From the human T2T-CHM13v2.0 reference genome, Homo sapiens, in NCBI RefSeq assembly GCF_009914755.1, contig NC_060931.1: a stretch of DNA of 64,000 bases; one strand, 5' to 3'. This document shows, piece by piece, positions 45,634 through 61,059 of the stretch. The notes beneath the pieces were generated by a model that was given only the letters and a program-made list of their open reading frames with translations, had not been told where the DNA came from and ran no database searches. The number at the start of each line of letters is the position of its first letter. The first letter of the stretch is position 1. Position numbers and translations under genes: made by a program.

Positions 45634-47834
45634 GAATGGGATTAAGCCCAGACTATAAAGCTAAGAAAAACTTCATTATTACTCCTAAAATATCTGGGGA
45701 CATTTCTGGGCATGAGACTGGGGAGCTGAGACAGGGATTGCCCCATCAAGCAGTACACCAGCTGTTCCCTTGTTCTGAAACTTCTTCCTTCTTCATTCCA
45801 AACTGTCCTTGACTATCATCACAGTCAGATGTCCACTTAGACATCTCCTCCTCTCTGGGGAGCTCCTCCCCGATTCCAAATTCAGTTAGGTGTCCCCCCC
45901 ACCACCCCACCCCCCACAGAGCCCTCCTAGTGTCTTGTCCTTGCTCATTCTGCTGAATGGCTGGCTTCCATCCTGTCCCAGGTTGCAGGTCATTGCCTGC
46001 AGGCAGTGACCTTGCCTCACCTTTCATTGGCTCCTAGTCCTACCTCGTAAAGGAACTGATTCATAGATACTCAATAAATATTTAGTAAATGAATGAATGA
46101 GACCCTATTAGTGCAGATACTTTTTTGTTTGTTTACTTTTTCTCATCTCTATAAAAGAGGCAACCTTACTTTTCTATGTCAGTGAACATAATGAGAGCCT
46201 TTTTTTCCTGATTTCTCTCCTTTAGTTAGGTGGATCATGAAAAATCACAAAGTACTTTAAAAAATGAACTGGTTCAGAACATCCTTCCCAATTATTAGCA
46301 GCTCCCAAGGATTCTACAGGCACTTTTCAAGGCACTCCCTCCCTTTTCCTCACTGACGTTTCCAGAGCCTGCTGGCGTGGAAAGAATGTCTGAGAAGGAA
46401 AAAGAGCTACGCTGCGGAGACTGCTTTTTCAAGCCAGGTTCCCAGCCAGGACATTTTCTTCTACAGTTTCCCAGAGATCAAGCCAGCAGCTGCTTCCTGC
46501 CCCTTGCTGAGCTGTACCTGGGGGCTGATGGTTTTACTGTTCTTTGGTAACCATGCAGATTCAGAGCTGCATGTTCAGTAGCTAGAGGGCTCCCTTAAAT
46601 GGACAAGGTTGGAGCCTCACATTCCACGAGCCATTGGAAACTCTCAGCCTTTGGTTCCTTATTATGAGAATGTTACTGTGGCTCTGGGCTAGACAATGAA
46701 TCTAGCAATGGTTTTGATGTCTTTTGTTTCATGCAGCCCATAAAAAGCAGCCGGGCCCTGCTGTCTGCACTTGGTTTGGGCAGATAGACCCTCTACTATG
46801 ACAGCCTTTAACTCTCACTCTAACCTGCCCTCATTAACTTACCTACAACAGGAAATCTTGCATATCACGTTTCATTTTATAGTGGCCTGTAGCACCCTCA
46901 AGGTGCCCATCCCACCTACTCACTTTGAAACCCTGACTTGGGAAGCTAAAGTGCGTTGTCCCCATTTGGTGATTGTTAGAACCATACATAGGTCACTTTA
47001 GTTCACTGGCCCATTCCCATCTTCCCTCCATTAAGTAGCTGCAACTGAATTTTGCGATAGCCTTTTCTTTTCTGCCTCTGAGGTGATTTTAGGGAATATG
47101 TGGAAATCTAAATCTCCTGCTGGTCAACAGGCAAGAGCTGGGTACCAGAGGCTGAGCTGCTGATAGGGCATTTGATTCTTTTTCATTCTGATTAAGCCTC
47201 TGGGGACTCATAGTCCAAACATGAAGAACAAATGGATTTTAAATTAGTTCTTAGGATCCAAAAACTCTGGCTGCAAGTACAAAGAGGTTAATGGTCTTGT
47301 AGGCATTTTTACTTGCTTCTCAGTTTTACAGCTTTGAATCCTTATGTGAGCTGATAGGAGCTTCTTGTTGGCAAGAGATGTTAGAGAACTAAACCCAGGA
47401 AGAATAGAAATAGTGCCAGGAAAGACAGATAACCTGCAGAAAGGCTATAAGGCTGTTTTGGCTTCTCCCAACCTGTGCAAGCTGCCATCAGGAGGGTAGG
47501 GGTAGGCAGGTGACAGCCCCCATCTTTAACTACAAAAGTGCCTGGAGGTAGCATAAAGAACCATCGGAGCAGTGTCAGACTCCCTTCCTCCCTATTAGAT
47601 GTGCCACCCAGAAGGTATGGTCCTGTTGCTTTTCTGTTTAATTTTCTGAACAGTGGACATGTATTAAATGAGGAACAAGTCCTTTTGCAGATCTTTGTAC
47701 AGTATGCAAGTATTCATTCAATACCCAAAATGTTGGAAAGTCAGATGTAAGCCAACATTAATAACAGCTAAGCCTGCAGGAAGTATGATTTCCTCAACTG
47801 CTACCAAAGGAAGTGACAAAGTATCAGATATATG

Positions 47835-47983
47835 TTTTTAATGTTTTACTTTTTAATATTTATGGGTACAGAGTAGTTGTATATATTTATGGGGTACATG
47901 AGATGTTTTGATATAGACATGCAATGGGTAATAATCACATCATGGAGAATGGGGGATCCATCCCCTCAAGCATTTATCCTTTA
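47835..47983 (-). mobile_element. L1MA1-3-like 3' end fragment
   Basis: tatatttatggggtacatgagatgttttgata...aataatcacatcatggagaatgggg...ccctcaagcatttatcctt. Confidence 0.88.
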
Positions 47984-50034
47984 AATACCAGGTATTTGAT
48001 TAAGAGAAATTGGGATGGAGAAGATAAGTAACTGCAACAGAAGTTGTAATGGTCTTCAACTGTCTGTATCATCATCAGTCTTCTAGCTCAAATGATGGCT
48101 TGAATACACTGCCACAAGAAGTATTTTCTGGTTCAAAAATTGAAAGCAAGTTTTCAAGGGCCAGGATGAAATCCACTGCAATAATGTAAAATGTAATCGC
48201 CCCATTTATTATTACAGAGATTACCAAAGGTCTGATGGTGTTTTTAATGGCAGTGTGTTTTAATGGCAATGTGTTTTATTTCTCTGGTGGAAAAAAGGGT
48301 TATGCTCCAGCGACCTAAAATAGCCCCACTGAGCATATTTCGCACCTCCACCCAAGGCACTTGGGGATTTGTATGGGAAGAGTCCATTTTCTTGGGTTCA
48401 ATGAGATGCGATTTGGAAAGGGAAAAGGTTGCTGAGGGCAGGAAGTATCTTCGATTCAACTAAAGTCATAGCTAGCTGTTGTCCTTCTGGTACCTTCCTC
48501 TGGCCCATGGGGGCAGCAGTGGGCAAGAGGGCGTTATTTAGTTGATGGAGGTAAGGAAAAAATGAAGCGTATGAAGTCGAAGATTGAGCACTATGAGGAA
48601 AAGTTTTATTGTTAAGCAGGGAACCTGTGTCTAGGCTCTGGGGGATGAGATGCCCAGACTCGGGAGGGGGTGTGGGGAGAACTAGGGTGGGTCCTTCAAA
48701 GCCAAGACACTGCAAACTCTATTTGTGCCCTTAGGATAGCAAAGTCTCTGATGGTTGCTATTTGGTTGGTGATGTGTGAACTGTCCCTGGGAGGTTCTCC
48801 TGCTTGGGATATGGTGGTATAAGATGTGGTGCCCAGCTGCCCCTGCTATGCACAGGTCATGCGGGTCAGGATTGGGTGGCCCAGTCCACTCTGCACCAGT
48901 ATCAGCCGGCTCATGGCCAGGCCAGGGTTTATCAGTGGCCACAGTGGTGGGAGGTGGAGACAGTGTCCTTGTCATATATTCCTTTTATTTATTACACTCC
49001 CCTGCCCATTTCTACCATCTACGTCATGTGGCACTTGGGAACATGCAGTTTGATCCTGGACACTACTCTCAGACTCTCTGAGCCTCAGCCTGCTCACCTC
49101 TGAGGAAGGGGGATAAACGCCCAGCACAGAACAAGCTTAACATCAGACATCCTGAACCGCTGACTGTGGACCACCCCGACCCTGCAATCTCACAATGGGA
49201 TTTTTTTATCTTATCTCTTCCCAAATACTATGAACTCCTCCAGACACTGCATTCCTTATTAAACTGGACATATATGTCTAACTTAAAAGGTAATGAACTA
49301 AAAAGTCAAGGTATAGATCAGGGAACCAGGCCCCCCAGCAGCCCCCAAAGTTGTTGGTGTCTTCACACTGGAAAACAAGCCATTTGATTCCTTTTAGCTG
49401 GAGAAAAAATGCATTAAACTTTGTAACTGAGAACATTTATGATCCATCTGACCCCAAATCTCAAAACCCATTGAAAGTGGCATTTAAATCTCACAGTGCC
49501 CTGAGATTCTGCCAACACCAGTGGGGAACATAGCTAAGAGATTGTGTTACATCTTTGACCTGAGCTTTTTTTTTTCTTTTAAATATGGTCTTGATAAATG
49601 ATTTCCCATTTACCTTTTTCCTTTCTCTATTGTCTGTAACCTTGAAACTTGATTTGCTATCCACCAGGCAACACTGATTTGCAACTTCACTAGATAGGTT
49701 GGAGGAGGGGGGCTTACAGCCTCAAAACAACCCTGCTTTCCCTATCACGGGGCCAGAGGGAGTGGAGCTGCTTCTGAATGCTTGCTCTGAATTCAGCCTT
49801 GCTGAGTGCTACTCAAGGTACGGGTGCGGTGGGTGGTGTCCCCAGTTCCTAATCTGGGGAATTATCCCAGTGTACTTTGGGCAGCAAATTTCTGATGCAG
49901 AAAGATGGTGTTTGTACTGCAGAGCTGTGGTCTTAACATTTACACAAAGTCACAAAGTTTGATCTCAAAGTCGCTAAACCTCTCTGTGCCTCAGTTTCCC
50001 CATATACACAAAGGAATAATAACCGTCACTATCA

Positions 50035-50645
50035 GTAGGGTGTTTTAGCAGCAAATAACAGAAAATCCAAATCAAATTGACCTCAACAATAAGAACATTT
50101 ACTGACTCCCAGAACCAGAACTGCAGTGGTTGGGTATGGCTTCCTCTCCTGTCATCTCTTGCCCCCATCCTGTTTTGTTCTCATAACAACTAAATCCTTA
50201 GGCTGATAGGAAAATGGAAGCAACAATCTGCAAACTGACATGGGCCAAGGTTTCAAGGATTTTATTTAAGGTAACATCCTAACAGGAGATTTTTGAACCA
50301 CAAAGGTTCCAGCCCTTAATGGTGAGATTTAGTGCCTTACAGTCACTGGTATATCCTTGGGATGCTAGATATTATCGTGGCTAGCATAAGACCATAGGGT
50401 CAACTTTGCTTCCCTTGACATTCTGGAATGTGTCCACACCAGGCACAGGAGCCGGAATGGCTGTGCCTTCTGTGAGGTCACCAATATCATCAGAGGATGC
50501 TCCTTTTAGGGGATGCAGGTAGCCAATGAACAGCCAGAGCTGAAGAGGCACCATGAAGCTGAAAGGTCACCTTGGGTTCCTTTGAAGGGAAGGATACAGA
50601 GTCCAGCCAGTGCTCATTCCTGTTGGTGGTCTTCTTCCAGAAGCC
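50035..50645 (-). mobile_element. Old MLT1-like LTR (degenerate)
   Basis: gcaaataacagaaaatccaaatcaaattg...; weak match. Confidence 0.4.
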
Positions 50646-50651
50646 TAAAGT

Positions 50652-50830
50652 AGTGGTTCTCAAACTTGAGCACTGGCTTTGAGAGCTTCTCAAGGTACAG
50701 ATTGCCAGCCCACACCTCAGGAATCTCTGATCCAGCAGTTCTGGAGAAGGTCCTGATCATTTACATTGCTTACAAGTTTCCAGATGATGCTGATGCTGCT
50801 GGTCCAGGGACCAGAATTTGAGAAGCACTG
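50652..50830. mobile_element. MER5A (hAT-Charlie)
   Basis: agtggttctcaaactt...gatgctgatgctgctggtccagggacc...tttgagaagcactg with terminal inverted repeats. Confidence 0.85.
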
Positions 50831-51691
50831 ACCAAGAGGATGAATGATGGAGTACGCTTTGCAGCAGAGACCAACAGCAGCCACCCGGACTCAGTTGACT
50901 TTCTGCTTACTCTGGCTTATTTATTCTCCATATGCTCCCCATCATCACTGAAGTATCCTGGATCATTCATTTATGGAGGGAACCACATTTTTACCTTATA
51001 GGCTAGAGCTCTCTGTGGGAGAGCGGTGGGGTTTTATAATTTATCAACTATGAGGAGCTCACTATTTCATACCCATGGCTGTTTAGAATGCTTAAGAGAA
51101 CACAGAAGCTCCCTGAGGTGCGGCCCTTTTTTATGCTGGATCTCCAACACTGGAAGCAAAAGGAAGTCCCAAACAGAAACTATATGCAGTGCTGAATCTA
51201 CAGTGGCTCTGAGAACTTTTAACTAATGGGCACTTGTAAATCTCACAACATTTCCTACTGGCGTGAATGCCCTGGGTAAAATGCTCATTAAACTGTCAGC
51301 CAGCAGAGAGGTGTCGTTGCTGGAAAGAGAGTCACAGCATCCAGGGGTGGAAAGAGGCCTCCCTGGGCCACCAGGGCCCTCCTCTCCCCCATTCACCCAC
51401 CACCAACCCCAGACTCAAACCCTCCTTTCAAAGCCTTTCAGAGGATGTTACAACTCTCCTTCACCTCCACCAGGAAATTATTCTTTTTCTCCAATCCAAA
51501 TATATATATATATATTCATGTTTAATCACTATTTCTTTTTGTTGGAGAGGATATCTTCTATGAAAATTGAGAATGGCTAGCCACTGTCCATGGTGGACAG
51601 TCTTTCATGTACTTAGAATCCCTTATAAAATTACTCCTGAGTCCTTATCTTTTTTATTTTTGTTTCATCATTTTAAAAATTACCATTTAGT

Positions 51692-51993
<302 letters not shown>

Positions 51994-52309
51994 TTACTAT
52001 TTAGTATTAAATAACATTTACACAGTAAAAAAAAATTACATAGCACAAAATAGTATATAACAATTCTTTCCTATAATTAACCTCCAACAATAGTTTCATA
52101 TGTACCTTTCAGAGATTTTCCAAACATATATTTGTATATACATACACACACACACACACACACATGATTTTAACTTAATGACATATCTTGGGGTTTCTTC
52201 ATATCAACACATATACTTCTTTATAAGGATATGCCATAAATTATTTCATCACTTCTCTGTTTATGGTTTTTTGACTATTTCCAGTTTTGTACTTTGGGCA
52301 GTGTGGTAG

Positions 52310-52678
<369 letters not shown>

Positions 52679-52882
52679 TAGGTTTGTATATTTTTAATTT
52701 TGACAGATTGCATTCTAGAGGTTGCACCAATTCTCACTCCTGTCAACAATGTTCAAGAGTGCCAGTGACTCCCTACATATGCTCACCTGTATAGTGTGTT
52801 GACAAGTTTTGAAATTTTTGCCTCATAGGCAAAAATAATGCTATAATCTTCAGACCTATAATTCCCACTTCTCTTCTTATGA

Positions 52883-53188
<306 letters not shown>

Positions 53189-54689
53189 GTGCACCTTTTC
53201 ATATGTGTAAGTACCACGTGTGTTTCTTTGAAGTTTGTTTATCTCCTTTGACCGATTTTTCTATTGGTTGTTGAACTTTTTTTGTAGGTTATTTTTACAT
53301 ATCAGGAATTAACTTTTGTATGTCACACATGTATATTCTGTTGTAAGAATTTTAACTATTTTTCCCCATTTTGTCATTTCTGTTGATTCAGTTTAAAGTG
53401 TTTTATGCCATGGAGCCATTTTTTATTTTTATATAGTTAAATATAATCATGCGTTTTCTTAGGGACTTCTGGGTTCTATGTCAATTCAAGATTATTAAAA
53501 ATGAAAAACAATATTCCTTGCTTTCTTCTAGTACTTTTGTGGTTTATAGTCTTGTGGTTCCTTTCTAACATTTAATTTGGTATAAGGAGAGAGGTACTGA
53601 TACAGCTTTATTTTGCTTCCCAATGGCTCTCCACTTGTCTCAACACTGCTTACTGATGGCCCATTTACTCTTTACCGATATACAATGTCACTGTTGTAAA
53701 CTAAATTCCTGTTTGAACTTGAGTGTGTTATTTGTGGAGTCTGTACTCATTCCACTGATTGGTCTGTTCATTTGCCAAAATCTCGTTATAAGAAATAGAG
53801 CAAATTTATCATGCATTTTAGCATCTGCTAGGACAAGTATGCTCCATTACTCTTCTTTTTCAGAATTTTCTAGACACACTAGCATGTTTACTTTTGTGTA
53901 GAAAATTGAAAATCTGTCTGGAATTGAAAATTACCATGTTGGTACTTCTATTGAGATTGCATTAAATAGGTCTATTTAGATTGATTTAAGAAGAATTGAC
54001 TTTTTATGATTATTAAGTCTTTCTATCCAATAACAAGGTTAGCATTTCCATTTATTCAGGTTTTCTTTTGTGTCCCTTAGTAGCATCTTAAAGTTTCTTC
54101 ATGCACAACTTCAACATTTCTTGTTAAGTTCATTCCTGGATATTTTTCAGTTTCTTCTTATAAATGAGTATTTTTTTTTCATTTTGTTTTCTAATCTGTG
54201 TATATTTTGTATCTTATTTTCATACCCATCAATTTTCTGAATTCTTTTACCTGCTATAGTAATTTTTCGATTGATTATCTTTTTGTACTCTCTGCAAGTA
54301 GTAATTTTGCCCACCCTCTTCCCATGCTTCCACTTACTTCTTTCACCTGTTCTGTTGTAATGGCTACTACATCTGGAACACTGTCAAATAACAGCAGGAA
54401 GAATGGATATCTTGGTCTTGCTCCTGAGTTGAATTAGGAAGGCTTCTAGGGCTTCTGCATTCTGTATGATTCAGGCTTTGGTGAATGATCTTGTTATTTT
54501 ATTGAGTTAATATGTTATGAAAGCATCCTCAATAATATTTTGTTAAAAGTTGGATAAAAATTTTACAATGAATGTTAGATAATTAAATAAGTTTTCAGCA
54601 TCCAGGGAAGCAATTGCGATTTTTCTCTTTTGATCTATTAGTATGTTAAACTATAGTCATAGCTTTTTCCGGTATTGGAAAATAAATAG

Positions 54690-54925
54690 GTAATGTTTAT
54701 TCTGTGTTTACTTTGTTCCAGGCCCTATTCTAAGCACTTTACATGTGTTAATTCATGGAATCCTCTCAATATACTATAATTAACCCCACCTGAAAAATGA
54801 GAAAACTAAAGCACAGAGAAGTTAAATAATTATGTGTCCGAGGTCCTATACCTGGTGAGTACCAGATCCGGAATCTGAACACAGGCAGTTTGGCTCCCGA
54901 ATCTACATTCTCACCAGCTACTCTC
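54690..54925 (-). mobile_element. MIR SINE nested in L1
   Basis: ttctaagcactttacatg...gagaaaactaaagcacagagaagttaaataa...caggcagtttggctcc. Confidence 0.8.
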
Positions 54926-56840
54926 AGCAACGGTCTTTGAAATTCTCATCAAGAGGTAGCATTCTCTTAATGTGTACTGGATTCTCTCTGCTAACACTTT
55001 ATTTAAGTGGGTTTTTTGGCCTTGATATTAATAGATAACTTTGGACTATAGTTTTTCTGTGTGTATATTATCATTGTCGATTTTTGGAATTGATATCTTG
55101 TTAGCTTCAAAAACTAATTTGAAAGTTTTTCTTCTTTTACTGTGGCCTGGAACAGTTTAAGTAGTCCTGGAATGATCTTTTCTTTAAAACATTCTTTGCA
55201 CCTGTGAAGTGTCTGATTCTAGTGCTTTTGAGCGAGTTGGATTTTTGATAATGTACGCTATTTTTTTCCTCTAATCATTGGTTATTTAGATTTTCTGTAA
55301 CTTCTATGATTGGTTTTTGTAGTTTATGTTTTTCTAGAAAGCTATCCATTTCATTCAGGTTTTCAACTTTATTTCAGTAGAGCTGAGCAAAGAAATATCT
55401 CAAAATTATTTTGTTTTGTATACATACAAAACAGTTCCCAATGTACTATTTTGATTTTGTATTAGCCTATGTTCATATTCTTTTCTTAATTATTTTAGCC
55501 AGCAGTTTTTCTGTTTTGTTCTGTTTTCAGAGAAGTAGCTCATGGATTTATTTGTTGGTTTTCTATTTTATTTTAACATTTTACTCTATTTGTGGTTACT
55601 TCCCTTACCCATTTCTAATTTTGTATATGCTGTTTCATCTTTTTATTTGACTAGGTTGGCTAATGGTTTGTTATCTATTTTATTGTGTTTTTTTTTTGTT
55701 TATTTATCCCAAGTACCATCTTTTGGATCCATTTTTAGTTCCATTTAAAAAACTAATTCCTTTTGCCATATTTAGTTATATTTATTATTATTTTTATAAC
55801 TTGCCAGAATGACTGTTCCTATTAATTATTTTCATTCTTTTATGTTTCACAACACTAGTTAGTAGAACTATGTGGTGAGAGGCAATATCCCAAAGATTGT
55901 GATACATGATTCTTGCATTATCAATATTTTCTAGATATTGCATTTTAAATTTTGTTTTAATTTTTCTATGGACCAAGAGTTAAAGAGATAACTTCTTAGT
56001 TTCCAGGTGGTTAAGATTTTTTTGTCTCTTATAAATAGGGTTATTTTGATCAATATTTCAAGGACAATTATATAATGGGCATATTCTTTGTATTCAAGGT
56101 TTAGAGGTATAGATATGTACAAATATAGATATAGAGATACACACTTATGTGTGCACACACTCCACCCTATTAACTATGGGATTTAAGTTGTCAGTGGCAT
56201 TCTTTTTTGTCTACTTGATCTGTCATGGCCTGAAAAAGTGCTCACCACAGTTGCCTTTTTGTCTGTTTCTCTTTGTTTTTATTGCAGTTTTTCTTTTACG
56301 GATTTTGAAGTAATGCTATTTGCTGCATGAAAATTCACTAAATTGTGTTTACCATTATAAATTGTCCATCTTTGATTTGTATAGTGTGTTTTTTGTCTTG
56401 AATTTAATATTATGATCCTTGTTATTTTTTTGCTTGCACCTAATTTCCATGTCTTTGCTTTACCTTTTACTAGCAACCTTTCTGAGTAATTTTATTATAA
56501 ATGTATTTCTTGAATGTGTAATGTGGCTGATTTATATCTTATTTCAGGTAAGATATATATTCAGATATCTTATTTCAGATAAGATATATATTATTTCAGA
56601 TTTATATCAATCTGAAAGTGTTTTTCTTTTAAAAAGGGGAGTTTCCCATTTACGTGTACTGCTAAACTATTTCTGAACTTAGTTCTATCATCTAACAACT
56701 TACTATTTTACTCTTCCTTTTTTGTTGTTTTCTCTATGGCTTAGGTTTTATTGCTTTATGCTCTGAGTAAATGTATTTATCTTCTACAAGTTTTTAAGAT
56801 TGACATTTGGTTTTTATTATTCTAATGATACCCCAGTAAA

Positions 56841-57128
<288 letters not shown>

Positions 57129-57239
57129 CCCAGTAACTTTTAATATATTGAAACCTTCTTGCTTTTTCAAGTTCAAGCAATATTTTTCGACACCCTGCTA
57201 TGAGAAATGAGGCAAATTAGCAAGACTCCCTCTAGCCCT

Positions 57240-57430
57240 CTGCACCTTCCTGTCCTTATTATCCCTGTCACCTTTGTTTGTACTGCATCACCACGAGTCC
57301 AGTTCTTCATGGCACTTATCACAGTGCGTAATGATGCTACTCATTCATTTGTTTACTTGTTTGTTCTTTAACTCCCCCTCTGGACTATAAAATACTTGAG
57401 GCCAAGGGCTTTGTGTGCTTTTGTGTGATC
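57240..57430 (+). mobile_element. L2 3' fragment
   Basis: ttcttcatggcacttatcaca...tggactataaaatacttgaggcc. Confidence 0.6.
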
Positions 57431-57817
57431 AGAAAGAAGTGACACAATTACAGGATAAGAGAAGGGTTATAAGGGGCCTTTAAGATTATCTCACCCAAGC
57501 TCTCACTTCGAGTTAGGAAATCGAGCCCTGGCGGGTGGAGACACTGGCCCTACATCACAGAGCTAGTGAGTGATGTCACAGAGCTAATGAATTTCGATCA
57601 CTTCACCCAAGCTTGTTCCAGAACTCCAGGCTCCCTCAAACATATGTTAACCACAAGGGAGGCTTCACATTTACATAGAACCAATGTGGATGATATTTTT
57701 TAGCAATTTCAATTGCTGTCACTGAGCATCTTTTAAATGACATATTTGAAAATAGCTCCATTATAATGTACAATTTAAAAAAATCATTGTTTCATATGTT
57801 CATAATAATCTTGTAAC

Positions 57818-58114
57818 TTTTTTTTTTTTTTTTCGAGACAGAGTCTCACTCTGTTGCCCAGGCTGGAGTGCAGTGGTGGGATCTCAGCTCACTGCAACCT
57901 CCGCCTCCTGGGTTCAAGTGATTCTTCTGCCTCAGCCTCTTGAGTAGCTGAGACTACAGGTGCGCACCACCATGCCCAGCTAAATTTTGTGTTTTTAGTA
58001 GAGACGGGGTTTCACCATATTGGTCAGGCTGGTCTTGAACTCCTGACCTTGTGATCCACCCACCTTGGCCTCCCAAAGTACTGGGACTACAGGCGTGAGC
58101 CACTGTGCCTGGCC
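57818..58114 (-). mobile_element. AluSg-like SINE
   Basis: Full Alu; TSD ataatcttgtaact. Confidence 0.95.
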
Positions 58115-60694
58115 ATAATCTTGTAACTCTTTACAGATATATTCTGAATCTAATCTTTTGAGGTTTCTTGGTGGAGGAAGCCTGAGAGGAAGAACACCCC
58201 CATTGTAAGTTGGGAACCAAGATTCTAATAAGTGACACACTCCAAGTCACTTAGAATGGCGAGAAATGATTCCAGAAAAGAATCTCTGTTTCCTGGCAAC
58301 CAGCTCAGTACTCTCTGAAGGGCACTTGGAAGGAAAGTTCAATCAATGGAAGGGTCAAATGTTTCTTTTTCAAATGGCCATTTTGCATGTAATGGCTGTT
58401 CTGTGCAGACATTGTGGGCTGTTCTTCTCTTGTTCATAAGATCTAGGGTCCTTCTGTGCAAATGTATGTGCTGTGGGTAAGAAATTACTTCAACTGAGTT
58501 TATTGGCATTTCTTAGCACATACGAGTTCGAAGAAAATTTATTACAGGTAAGAGCTCTGTCCGTTAAAACACTGCTGTATAGATTACATAGTGATACATT
58601 TGGTCAGAGAGACAGCCAAGAAAAGCTCAGGACAGATCTTGCCAATTCCAAAGACCAGCCTTTCCAAAGGGTCTGTAAATCTTTCTCCCAACCCCAAAGC
58701 CACCTGCTTGGCCCTGATAATGTTTTCAATTTGACTGAATTTCTGCTAATGGGAATGTGCGCAGTGTAGGAAGGGTGCTGGAATCAGACCGAACCGTTGG
58801 TTTGAACCTGAGCTTCTGCATGCTTTTGAGAAAGGTCTTATCGTGCCCAAGCCTTCATTCCTTTAGATGTGGACAGAGTATAGTAACATTATTTTAGAAG
58901 ATTGTTGTGCTGCTTCAACAGGATTATGTGTGGGTATCTGCTACTTGGTATATTTAAGCCTTCTCCTGATCACAACGCATTACTAGCTGTCAAAAGATTG
59001 GCAGGGAGATCTGGACCAAATTGAAAACAGTACTGACCAATACTATATCATCATTTGTGCTCAATCAGAGACTTTGGTTAGTTTCTCTGCCAGCTCTCGA
59101 AACTCTGTATTAAGTGTACGTAATAACCCCTTAGGACTTAGAAACACGGACTTCCAGTTAACAGAAGAAAAAGTGGTCATCGAAAAGTAAGGCAATGAAC
59201 CTAAAGCTACACGAGTCACTGGCCAGCTCTGTGGATGAGCAGCTCTCACAAGGGCCACTGTGGCACCCTGGGGGCCGCCTGTGTGTGGTGGGGGACGGGT
59301 GCCACAGATCTCTGGAGCTATGGTCTCTGGAGGGCTCTCTCTCTTTCTGACTGATAGGAGAGACTTTCTTAAATTTCAGTTGTAACACTGCATACATTTC
59401 TTCCCCTATTAATAACCATTAGTTCTTCGTGTGCTAGAAATCATGAGTTAGAGGGAATAGGACAGTCCTTTGTAAGACAGGCCATTGAGGAATAACCCCA
59501 AATAGAAACAGTGAGTTGCAATTTCTCATTCAACAAAAATATTACTGAGCACTTCAGCTGTGCTGGGCTAGGCGAGTGCTGGCTGATGGCAGGGACACCA
59601 TTGGTGAATCAGACCCAACCTGTCTAGTGGGAGAGCTACAAATAACTAGAAAAGACTGTGTGGTGTTCACCTTCACCAATTTAACCTGGACCTCGATTCC
59701 TAAAGTACAAAAAAAGGAGACCTGGGCCAGGTGATTCCCCAAGGTCCATTTTACTTCTTCAACTCATGTTTATATGAAACTTCACCCTCAGTTTCTTAAA
59801 AAAACAAACAAAAACAAAACAAAACTAAAGGATAGAGAAATATAAGAAACATTTTAAATGATTTTACAACATCTTAATTTCCTCTATAAAAAGGTTTAAA
59901 CTGAACTGGTAATGATGACTTCATCCAAGCAGCCAATTTTAGCTCAACATTTAGGAATCGCTGTGGAAGAGTCCCAAGAGCCTTGGCTGTTCTTTCTTTC
60001 TTTTTCCGCCTTTGCTCTTTCTGGCCTGCTGCTGCTCAAAGTTTTCCATGTTGATTTTTTTCCCTCTCTCCCTGCCTGCTGGTTCCTCTACATCATTTAC
60101 TGCCTGTGTTAATTCACTTTTATTTGACCCTTAGCATCATCTGTCAAATTCTTGCATGTTCACTAGCATACCATTGTTTTAGTAGTGGCTCTGCAGCTTC
60201 AGTCGACCTCTGGCCACAATTCCCCTAACTGTTGCTGCTGTTTCTTCTTCTTTCCTCATCTGGCTAGCTAGAAATGGGTGACATTAGCATTGAAAGGTCT
60301 GTTCCCGTCCATTCCTGTTTTCCTAAAATTTCAGCTTTTGAAACTGAACAAAGTGATACTGTAGTAAATATGCCTGTGCTAAGAAAACTGGGACTTTCCT
60401 TTAAAAAAAAATGGAGTTTCAAATTATAATGAATTTGAATTTTTCCTTTGAAAACATATTACATTCAATTAAGCTGTATTGCAAGCTAGGCTCACAGTCT
60501 GTGATTTATATTGTTATAATTAGCAGATGAAATAAAGATTATAAAATACACTGAACAGGGAAATGCAACTTGAGAATATGTTAGAAGTGTTCATTCTAAA
60601 CATTGCAGTGTTTGTTTCCATCACCCTGTTTCTAATTAGAAGCACAAGCACAAACTAAAACTAAAGGGTAGGATAAGAAATGGAGGCTATTTTA

Positions 60695-60990
60695 GGCCAG
60701 ATGCAGTGGCTCATGCCTGTAATACAGCATTTTGGGAGACTGAGGCAGGAGGATCACTTGAGGCCAGCAGTTTGAGACCAGCTTGAATAATACAATGAGA
60801 CTCCACCTCTACAAAAAATAAAAATAATAAAAAGTAAAGCTAGATATGGTGGCTTGTGCCCATAATCCCAGCTACCTGGGTAGCTGAGGCGGGGAGGATC
60901 ATTTGAGCCAGGAAGTCGAGGCTGCAGTGAGCCATGATCACACCTCTGCGCTCCAGCCTGGATGACAGAATAAGACCTTGTGTCAAAGAA
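60695..60990 (+). mobile_element. AluJ SINE
   Basis: J-type ggaggatcacttgaggcc and gaggctgcagtgagccatgatc. Confidence 0.92.
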
Positions 60991-61059
60991 GACCCAATTT
61001 AGGGTAAATATCAGACTTTCTCAGGTTTGCCCTAAGTCACTCAATGTTTTTGTCCTTTC

